This document shows, one piece after another, positions 56,289 to 64,000 of a stretch of 64,000 bases of DNA. The notes below the pieces were generated by a model that did no database searches, was not told the DNA's origin, and worked only from the letters and a program-made list of their open reading frames with translations. How positions within the stretch are numbered: the stretch's first letter is position 1; the number at the start of each line of letters is the position of its first letter. The position numbers and the translations under genes are program-made. The DNA lies in the IMG/VR virus record IMGVR_UViG_3300048762_000330, one strand, 5' to 3'. The DNA is from a virus.

Positions 56289-56694
56289 ATTATTCGGTTG
56301 GTGGTTAATGGAGTCAGATCAGATAGGACTGAATTGTACAGACCCCGGATATTTCAGAAACGGGGAAACAGACACATTCCCAGTTTGTCCTACTTGGTTT
56401 AACACCAACAAAGAGGCTAAAGAAGCAGCACAAACGATGGGATTTGATGTGGTTGAAAGGTTATGTGATACACGGAGGCAGAAGGCAACGATGATCAATT
56501 CAGAAACGATACTTGGAAATTTTGATGGGCATCATGGAGCAACCATCAAAGACCACATAAAGTGGTTAGAATCTGAACTAACTCCTCCTTATGCAGAGGT
56601 CTGCAATAGTGAAGAAGGCAGGTATGTCGTGTCTTGCTACCTACAACTATGTAAGCTTGTTGTATCGCAGCAGGACTAAATACAAATATAAAGC

Positions 56695-57225
56695 ATGTCT
56701 TTCAAAAAACCGTATCAAAAACAGCAATTCAACCCCAACCTAAACACCGGCATTCGTGCAAGAGAATTACGAGTAATTTTCCCGGATGACACTCATCAAA
56801 CACTACCAATCTCAACCGCTCTCCAATCAGCGAAGAACATCGGATTAGATCTTGTTTTAATAGCTCCCAATTCCGTCCCACCAGTGGCTCGCATAATTGA
56901 CTACAACAAGTATTTGTATCAACAAAAAAAGCAGAAACAGCAGGCAAAAGCAAACCAACATGTCACGAAAGTAAAGGAGCTTAAGTTTTCTCCTAACACT
57001 GATGAACACGATTACAATTTCAAAAAAGCCCACGCAATTGAATTTCTCAAAGACAAAAACAAATGCAAGGTTGTCGTTCAATTCCGAGGTAGAGAAGTAG
57101 TTCACGCTAATCTCGGTATCGCATTACTCAACCGGCTGCTGGCTGATCTCGATGCGGTTGGTAAAGCAGAGTTCCCGCCAAGACAAGAAGGCAAATCAGC
57201 ATTTGTCTTGGTAGCGCCAAAATGA
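56695..57225 (+). CDS. infC: translation initiation factor IF-3
   Basis: N..IRARELRVI; A...GLDLVLIAPNSVPPVARIIDY.KY.Y; KELKFSP.TDEHDY.FK...A..FL; FRGRE. Confidence 0.95.
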   Translation: MSFKKPYQKQQFNPNLNTGIRARELRVIFPDDTHQTLPISTALQSAKNIGLDLVLIAPNSVPPVARIIDYNKYLYQQKKQKQQAKANQHVTKVKELKFSPNTDEHDYNFKKAHAIEFLKDKNKCKVVVQFRGREVVHANLGIALLNRLLADLDAVGKAEFPPRQEGKSAFVLVAPK

Positions 57226-57443
57226 AGTATCTGACCGATGACGCACGACATTTGATTTGCTTGCCGTATTCAAAAGAAAACTTACACATTATGGCCGAAG
57301 CACTCGGAATTAAGCGCTGTTGGTACCACGGCGGAAAATTCCCGCATTTTGACATCCCAAAGCGCCGGGTCAAAGAAATTGAAGCAAAGTGTGGAAGAGT
57401 CTCAGCAAGAGACATTGTATCAATCACTCGTGGGATTCACTAA
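57222..57443 (+). CDS. DUF4031-like protein
   Basis: LH.MA..LGIKR.WY.....PHFDI. Confidence 0.7.
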   Translation: MKYLTDDARHLICLPYSKENLHIMAEALGIKRCWYHGGKFPHFDIPKRRVKEIEAKCGRVSARDIVSITRGIH

Positions 57444-57975
57444 ATAAGGATGGAAATTTGAAACTACACTTTGATTCGTGGCGCACCTTCTAAACTCTCA
57501 CCACACTCCGGGCAAATTAGCGTATCTGACGTGACCGGAGGTAATAAGCACATCATACAATGTGGTTTCTCAGAGCCACACTTACAAAGCACAAAGCGCT
57601 TACAATCTGATTGTAGCGTGCAGTAACCGTGAGAAATGCATTCATTCATACATTACCTCCAAGATGTTCAAAAGTGAGCAGGAAGCACGTGCCTTTGCCA
57701 CATGTTGGGCATGTCCATTCTTGGTCTTTGATGAGCTTTGGTGGAACTATGATATCAAGTTCAATCAAGCATAACGCCATCATCCGCTCTCTAAAATCAT
57801 CGTCCATATGTCTTCAATTTATTTACAATGTGTGTTGGCACTGTCACTGTTATTGGAGAACCGATTACAATTCCATTCTTTACATAAATTGTTCCGCTTA
57901 CAATTTGAGATGCTTGAATTGATTGAAAAAATTGGTTTATCCGCTTTATTTTTCCTACATAAGTCAAATTAGACA

Positions 57976-58260
57976 TTAAAATCCCAACCAACTATTGATC
58001 TCAGTTTCAGCCTGAAGCGCATTAACAAACAAAATTCCGATACCACCGTTTTTTATCCAATTGGCGATATTTCGATCCATGTCATCAACCAGCATGTTGC
58101 CTGCCGCATGAAGCACTTTATCACGTTTGCGTAAGACGATCAGACGATTCTCTTTCGCAATCCAAGGTGTCTCACGTTCAAGCCATTCGAGCTTTTGTTC
58201 TTTATGATGTACTTTGTCGAATTTTCCATGAAAAAGCTTCATGGTAAAATCGCCGTGCTT
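57976..58260 (-). pseudogene. C-terminal half of a second HAD nucleotidase-like gene
   Basis: QKLEWL...K...A...MLVDD..RNI.NW...GG.GI; N-terminal DxD motif absent. Confidence 0.55.
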
Positions 58261-58444
58261 CCCGGAGATTTTGACATCGAAATAGCACCGTCTAACAAAG
58301 CGCATTCCAAGGAGCAGTAGATGTATGGAGGATCAATATACTGTGTTCCACGTTCTGTGTACGGGTCCTCAAAATGCCGCCTTCTTTTACCACAGTCAGC
58401 GTATTTACAAGGTCTTTTTTCTTCCTTCTTTTCTGCCATATCTT

Positions 58445-58993
58445 TTATTTTACCACAGTTAGCCGGTCAAGTAGATTTTCAAAATCCTGTTGCAAGTCTG
58501 GCTGCTTGAATTTTCCATCACCCATCACGAAAGCAAACGAAATTGCGAATAGCTCATCATATTGATATTGAAAACCCGAATGTGAGAATGAATACTTCCA
58601 CTCACCAAGTTCAATCCAAAGATAGCGAGTACCGGTCTGTTGCTTCAACCATTCATGAGATGGACGACATGCAACTTTGATCCGATCTAGCAACGGTTTG
58701 ATAGTACTTTCAATAAAGTCTTTGTCAGTGTGGGTCAAAATTTCGTGTCCCAATTCATGAAAAAAGTTCTCGATACTATCACCGGGCCGCATCGCAATAA
58801 TTCCATCGGGAGAATTGGTTTCAATTTCGTAGGAATGTTTGAATTGTTTGCTATTAAGTTGCACCCATTTGATATGACTCCATAATCCAAATCGTGCCGC
58901 CGCCGCTTCCACTGTTTTAGGTGGTCTGACATCCGGTAACCCGGCGTAATATTCCAGCGGGTACTCGATAATAAACTGAGCGAATGTAATCAC
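58445..58993 (-). CDS. late protein with HExxH motif and capsid-targeting-like N-terminus
   Basis: CTAAATA-N5-GTG; MITFAQFIIE; FFHELGHE; ELFA.SF. Confidence 0.65.
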   Translation of the reverse strand: MITFAQFIIEYPLEYYAGLPDVRPPKTVEAAAARFGLWSHIKWVQLNSKQFKHSYEIETNSPDGIIAMRPGDSIENFFHELGHEILTHTDKDFIESTIKPLLDRIKVACRPSHEWLKQQTGTRYLWIELGEWKYSFSHSGFQYQYDELFAISFAFVMGDGKFKQPDLQQDFENLLDRLTVVK

Positions 58994-59008
58994 AGGTATA
59001 TTTAGAGT

Positions 59009-59110
59009 CTAAATACTAACGGCTGCGTGTGAAGTTCTTACCTTCGCAAGCAGCCTAAACACAACGGAGTGCCCGTCATGTCTGAAGACAATTCAATCCA
59101 CATGTCATGA
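59009..59110 (+). mobile_element. solo HNH element leader + first codons only
   Basis: CTAAATA-CTAAC-GGCTGCGTGTGAAG..CTTCGCAAGCAGCC-TAAACACAACGGAG..ATGTCTGAAGACAAT, then unrelated sequence with a stop after 10 codons. Confidence 0.8.
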
Positions 59111-59216
59111 CCACAAGAACATGTGGTGTTGAAGCCACTGTCTTACCAATGACATTATTTCAGGTTCGAGAGTAGAATACCAATCACTCATTTTTTGTGA
59201 ATCAGTTTAATGTTGA

Positions 59217-59507
59217 TTATCGATAACCGCCATTACTGTGCCACCAATCACCAATAACAGAATCGTTGACGCCAATTTTTTCAAGGAACTCTATCATATC
59301 GAAATTATCCATTTCAGTGGAGAAACGAACATTTTCTGAATCTACTTCGATGTTCCAATAATCCGAATCTGCGTAATCAATGCCTAGTTGTGCGCCTATG
59401 GTAGCGTGATTCACGATCTTCTCAAGCTGTTCAGCCGTGATGTCCTTCAATTGGATTACAAAGCTGCTGCTACTTGAATTTGAAACGAAACCGCATCTTA
59501 TCTTCAT
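59217..59507 (-). CDS. FVSNSSSSSF-motif protein (paralog 2)
   Basis: MKIRCGFVSNSSSSSFVI; GAGGA RBS. Confidence 0.75.
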   Translation of the reverse strand: MKIRCGFVSNSSSSSFVIQLKDITAEQLEKIVNHATIGAQLGIDYADSDYWNIEVDSENVRFSTEMDNFDMIEFLEKIGVNDSVIGDWWHSNGGYR

Positions 59508-59742
59508 ATTTCCTCATGCAATATTCAAACCGTTGGCAAAAAATACATTTCTATTATACCAGCGGTTTTAGCTTTGTCAAGTATTTAGGTATACCAACTG
59601 TAAACCTCTTTCAATTCCACCACCGAATACGTTGGCACTTGGCGCAATAACTAGTCGGTCGCAATGGCCACCGACTAGTTGGTTCGTGCGACCAAAAACA
59701 ACACCACGCCTGCCATACTTGCAAAATCCAATTCATTATTAC

Positions 59743-60090
59743 TTAAGTATACCAACTGTCAATACAAGTATTGCATTCCACTTCTTTGCCAAGTGCTTTG
59801 GCAACTTTAGTCGTGGCGTCTGCTTTAAATTGAGCACCGGTTTCGGCATCGCCCAATGTGTTGTAGCTGCGCCCGACTGCAACATTGCATTCCTCGTCAA
59901 TGTAATATTCCAACTTTGTTCCTTCAGTAATCTTGGACAAAGCTTCATAGATACATTCCGGGTCGTCATCATTGATTTCAATATTTTGGGCCTTCATTAA
60001 ACTCTCAAATTCGGTGTAGTCCAGAATTGCGCCAAAGATTGCGAAACTGGAACTTGAGCTATTTGAAACAAATCCATTACGGAACTTCAT
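59743..60090 (-). CDS. FVSNSSSSSF-motif protein (paralog 3)
   Basis: MKFRNGFVSNSSSSSFAI. Confidence 0.75.
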   Translation of the reverse strand: MKFRNGFVSNSSSSSFAIFGAILDYTEFESLMKAQNIEINDDDPECIYEALSKITEGTKLEYYIDEECNVAVGRSYNTLGDAETGAQFKADATTKVAKALGKEVECNTCIDSWYT

Positions 60091-60124
60091 GCTGTTTCTC
60101 CTACACTAACCAGTATATCACATG

Positions 60125-60193
60125 CTAAATAGAAACGGCAGCACGTGAAGTTCTTGGCTTCGCAAGCTGCCTAAACACAACGGAGTGACCGTC
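60125..60193 (+). promoter_or_regulatory. HNH element leader with compensatory stem change
   Basis: CTAAATA-GAAAC-GGCAGC...GCTGCC (versus GGCTGC...GCAGCC). Confidence 0.85.
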
Positions 60194-60952
60194 ATGTCTG
60201 AAGACAATTTAGCATCGAAATTTTACGAAGGAAAGCCGTGCCGAAAATGCGGGTCTACGAGACGATATGTTCGTAAAAAAGCTTGTGTTAATTGCCACCA
60301 CGATCAAGGACGAAAATGGCAACAAGCAAATCCAGAAAAGGTTCGTAAGCAAACTCAAAAGTGGAAACAAACTAATCCAGAAAAATATCGTGAATCAAAA
60401 CAAAAGTGGGAACAAACAAATCGACAAAAATGCCGTGATAAACTTCAAAGATGGCGGAAAGCGAATCTAGAAAAATGTCGTAATTATGATAGGAAACGGT
60501 ATCAAGCTAATCCAGAAAAGTACCGTGAATATGGTTTAAGGTGGAAGAAAAATAATCCAGAGGCATACAGGCAATCAAGTTTAAATGGAAGTATAAAAAA
60601 CCGTGCCAGACGAATGCAAGCTGAAGGTTCAAACACAGCACAAGAACGGATTGATTTAAACGAAGAGTACGGGCATCATTGTCTTCGTTGCAAAAAGCAC
60701 GAGTCAGAATTTCCTATACATCCACGAACAGGACGACCATATTCAATGGAATACGATCATGTCATTCCACTTTCAGTCTGCCAGTGATGTAGCAAAAATT
60801 ATAAAGTATGCCGTTGCCCGAATCAAAAACTTGGAACGAATTGGATTAGCAACATTCAGCCGTTATGTCATGATTGCAATGGAATGGGCGGCAAAGGAAC
60901 CAAAATTATTGACTACAGAATAGATTACTTCACCGCCCACGCACTCAACTAG
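60194..60952 (+). pseudogene. repeat-HNH element copy 8 with a nonsense mutation (TGG>TGA at 60785-60787)
   Basis: paralogs read VCQWCSKNYK; the frame continues in phase to GTNWISNIQPLCHDC...KIIDYR. Confidence 0.8.
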
Positions 60953-61284
60953 CAAGGATACTCACCGCTCATCATTTCAAGGTCTTTGTCTTTTATCTGA
61001 GTGCCGAAAACACTTTCAATTTGTGTCTTAACCCGAGCTTTGAAAGCCCGCAATGTTTCATCCTCACCGATGGTTATGAGACTAACACCGACTATATCGT
61101 TCCATTCCGTCTCGGCAAAGTACTCAAGTCCCGATTCTTCAAGAGCTTCATAAAGATCAAAGTCTTCTTTGTCGCCTTCTTGTTTTGCTTCCAATAGCTT
61201 GCTGAACTTTGGGGTCATCTCCATTCCATAAATCAAAAAACTGGATGTGCTTGAATTGCTAACAAAGCCGCTTCGTAGTTTCAT
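60949..61284 (-). CDS. FVSNSS-motif protein (paralog 4)
   Basis: MKLRSGFVSNSSTSSFLI. Confidence 0.75.
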   Translation of the reverse strand: MKLRSGFVSNSSTSSFLIYGMEMTPKFSKLLEAKQEGDKEDFDLYEALEESGLEYFAETEWNDIVGVSLITIGEDETLRAFKARVKTQIESVFGTQIKDKDLEMMSGEYPC

Positions 61285-61312
61285 TTGTTACCTCAATTAT
61301 AAATTATACCAC

Positions 61313-61639
61313 TTAACAAAGTCTCGTTCCAGTGAACACGCCTCGTTCGCCAGTCAATCCCGTTTTTGTTTCTACATCAGCAATCAGTTGTACAATCTGA
61401 TCCAATGAGAATGCTCCATAATCCAAGTAGCTCTCATCGCTGTGTACATCGGCCAGGGCTTTACCAATTACTGTGAAGCCCTTTGGAACGCCGTCTTCTG
61501 ACCCCGTAATAATCAGATTACCGTCATCATACAACTCGTCCAATTTCTCATGAGACAAAGCTGTATTTGGAATCTTTATTCCAGCAATGACAAAGCTGCT
61601 GCTGCTTGAATTACTTACGAACCCACTCCGAAATTTCAT
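61313..61639 (-). CDS. FVSNSSSSSF-motif protein (paralog 5)
   Basis: MKFRSGFVSNSSSSSFVI. Confidence 0.75.
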   Translation of the reverse strand: MKFRSGFVSNSSSSSFVIAGIKIPNTALSHEKLDELYDDGNLIITGSEDGVPKGFTVIGKALADVHSDESYLDYGAFSLDQIVQLIADVETKTGLTGERGVFTGTRLC

Positions 61640-61925
61640 GTTGTTATTACCTTCCTAATTACAAAAGACCACACCAATCATAACATTCTTTGTCGGAAAG
61701 ATAGATGTGTCGCTTCGATACAGACTTTGGTTTCCTTCCGTATACCCGCTCTCGATAGCTTTTATTTTGTCCACAGACCGGGCAATTTCCCCAGTAAAAA
61801 CGAATCCAATAACGCTTCTTCATAATTTCATTATAACACAACTAAAAACAGAACGCTAAATACAATTCCTCATGTGTAAACCGTCCATATGTGGGTCAGT
61901 TCGAGGACGGAAAAGGAGAAAATTT

Positions 61926-62102
61926 ATGTCATTTGTTGCTGTTTTGTGTTTATTGCTGCTCTTCATTGCGGCGCTTGGTCAATCATGGTGGTGGAGAAGT
62001 GCTCAAGGCCCATGGTATGGAAATGCTGCGTTCTGTTGGGGCGTGTTTCTTTTGGCTCTCTACATAGTGTGGCCCATAATTAAACCTTTGCTAGAGAGAT
62101 AA
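61926..62102 (+). CDS. small membrane protein
   Basis: AAGGAG RBS; two TM segments. Confidence 0.55.
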   Translation: MSFVAVLCLLLLFIAALGQSWWWRSAQGPWYGNAAFCWGVFLLALYIVWPIIKPLLER

Positions 62103-62104
62103 AC

Positions 62105-62251
62105 ATGCTCTTACTTCTAATTGTATTACTATTGTTATTCGGAGGTTTCGGCGGTGGATACTATGGATATCATTCATACGGACTACCGGGCGGCGTTGGA
62201 GTAATCCTATTTGTAATCCTTATAGTTTGGCTGCTAAGTCGTTATCGTTGA
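62105..62251 (+). CDS. DUF3309-like small membrane protein (48 aa)
   Basis: MLLLLIVLLLLFGGFGGGYYGY..YG..GG.G.IL.VILIVWLL; not in the ORF track. Confidence 0.6.
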   Translation: MLLLLIVLLLLFGGFGGGYYGYHSYGLPGGVGVILFVILIVWLLSRYR

Positions 62252-62494
62252 AACCTGCCCGAGACCTCGATCCGGTCTCTTACATTTTTCGGCACATGAA
62301 CTATAATTTTTTATTATAAACTTCATCATAATTTGGTAATTCCACCTAATTCCACCCAATAGAAGTATGATGTTATTATCGGAACATTGCCCCAATACAT
62401 CAAAAATCTTCCTTACTGGAAATGCGTATAATTGTGCCGACGCCGAAGCTTTCAGTTCCAATTGACTGTGGACTGGAGAAACCAACCACTTCTG

Positions 62495-62836
62495 TCATAA
62501 CTCTGTCCTGCAAAACTCAAGCAGTTTCTCTCGCACAATCTCATTTTTGCGCCGATCCATTTCTTCACAATACGCCATATGCCGTTCTCGTATTTCTTCA
62601 AAATCTGTTGATGTAATCAGCATCCTGCAATCGCATTGCACTACTTCTGTTGTGTAAGTCGCAAGAATTGGTGTATCTATGTCTAACGAACCAAATACCG
62701 GCATCTCGTTCATCTTAGGTAAGCAAATATAATTCTGGTGCGAACAAATCAATTGTCCAGCCATTTGCCCTAATACATGCTGTATTGTTGGATGCTTACA
62801 CAAAGGACAAACAAAATTGTAGCAACTATCCATCAA
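62495..62836 (-). CDS. hypothetical protein
   Basis: part of a coupled minus-strand run. Confidence 0.45.
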   Translation of the reverse strand: MMDSCYNFVCPLCKHPTIQHVLGQMAGQLICSHQNYICLPKMNEMPVFGSLDIDTPILATYTTEVVQCDCRMLITSTDFEEIRERHMAYCEEMDRRKNEIVREKLLEFCRTEL

Positions 62837-63071
62837 TTTATTGTTTCAGCAACAAACAAGTCGTAAGGCAAAAATGCCATCTCTTTTTTATTCGTCTGCG
62901 ATGCGTCAATAAGCATGACAGCCTGCCATGTATTGCAACCCCCGCAATAATAATCACCAGGACCAATCGATTCCAAATCGATTGTATATTCGTGTCCAAG
63001 CTTAATCGATTCTTTCAACACTGTGTGCCCACACGGGCAAATCGATAATTGAAGGATAGGCTTAACGACTT

Positions 63072-63401
63072 TCATAATTCTCCCGTTTCTACTGGCGTAT
63101 TGTCCTTGTAGACCAAATACGGCTTTGTGTTTACCTCATATGAGGTAATATGATTTCGATTGTAGTAAGTGTTATTGTCAGCATGTACCCACCTACAAGC
63201 CATCGCTTGACTCAACTCGAAGGTTGACTCACAATAATTATCACTTGCTTCAAAGACTCTGCCTTTACATGTAATCGTAATGAGCGTACCATCGAGTAAT
63301 ATCGCTTCCGCTACGCTAATGCCTACAGGGAATTTTTTGGGCGGGCCTGACTTGAACCAAGGCCAACAAAGCCACCATTTCATTGAGTCTAGTAGCGTCA
63401 T
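63072..63401 (-). CDS. hypothetical protein
   Basis: MTLLDSMKWW start behind a GAGGA RBS. Confidence 0.45.
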   Translation of the reverse strand: MTLLDSMKWWLCWPWFKSGPPKKFPVGISVAEAILLDGTLITITCKGRVFEASDNYCESTFELSQAMACRWVHADNNTYYNRNHITSYEVNTKPYLVYKDNTPVETGEL

Positions 63402-63596
63402 GTTATTCCTCTTCGCAATCCTGCCCGTTCTCACCAAAAAATTCTTGAAGGATTTTGAGAACTGTATCCGACTTTACATGATTACCAAGCAACACTTCAG
63501 CCAAATTATTAGCACGACCATATTCATGGTGCTCGTTTTCTGACTCGCAATACATATCGTAATTATTGATAAATTGCTCTATCTTTTTATTCATCT

Positions 63597-63986
63597 TCAT
63601 CGCAGCACCCGTTCTAACAGCTTTGCTTGTACAGCCGCTAACCGGTTCGACTCTTTCAATTCATCAGTTACCGATTTCAATGCTTCTACAATGGCTTGGC
63701 TTTGTGCGCCTGTCTCTGGTTGAATGACCGTTACCGGATCGCTCCCTACACCTTTGATAATTATGTAAGATAGGTTTGTTTTATTATCTTTGACAACAAT
63801 AAAATCCACAAGATCTCTGGATTCAGAAGAAACCGTTGTTGCATTGGTCGTTTGAAATCGTGCTGGTGGCTTTGGTGACGACGTGGCCGAAGAAACGTGG
63901 CAACCTATTGTGAATAATATTGCACATAGAACCACACAAAAAATGATCGCTACTTCCAATTCTCGATTACGCCCAACAACTCTCAT
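63597..63986 (-). CDS. putative lipoprotein / membrane protein
   Basis: hydrophobic N-terminus with TIGC; AAGGA RBS. Confidence 0.5.
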   Translation of the reverse strand: MRVVGRNRELEVAIIFCVVLCAILFTIGCHVSSATSSPKPPARFQTTNATTVSSESRDLVDFIVVKDNKTNLSYIIIKGVGSDPVTVIQPETGAQSQAIVEALKSVTDELKESNRLAAVQAKLLERVLR

Positions 63987-64000
63987 TCAGCATATTCCTT

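Noticed and set aside
60785-60787. TGA recoded as Trp (alternative genetic code)
   Set aside because: Single instance; TGA serves as an ordinary stop in many coupled genes and Trp is encoded TGG elsewhere, so a nonsense mutation or error is more likely

Overview
This 64-kb window looks like part of a large T4-like (myovirus-type) jumbo phage genome. Support: T4 gp53-like and baseplate-hub-like genes, a T4-type late promoter (C/A)TAAATA, many sigma70-type TTGACA promoters and dense small ORFs. All calls are by-eye motif recognition; no searches were run. Three themes stand out. (1) An RNA-handling kit: a Ro60/TROVE gene, four RNAs carrying a Y-RNA-type Ro-binding helix, a 1.5-kb structured non-coding operon, six tRNA genes, a CCA-adding enzyme with a capsid-targeting-like N-terminus, and translation factors IF-1 and IF-3. 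Three of the tRNAs have remodelled T-loops, and a tRNA-Asn has an 18-nt insert inside its anticodon. (2) A dispersed, stop-less HNH element: late promoter + covarying 5' hairpin + Zn finger + variable 15-aa repeat array + HNH. It occurs as 8 ORF copies, one solo leader and one scar, and its leader architecture is shared with two unrelated nuclease genes. (3) Apparently leaderless late transcription: (C/A)TAAATA is followed by exactly 5 nt and then ATG/GTG or an RNA 5' end. Many genes carry deletions or frameshifts, which could be real decay or assembly error.
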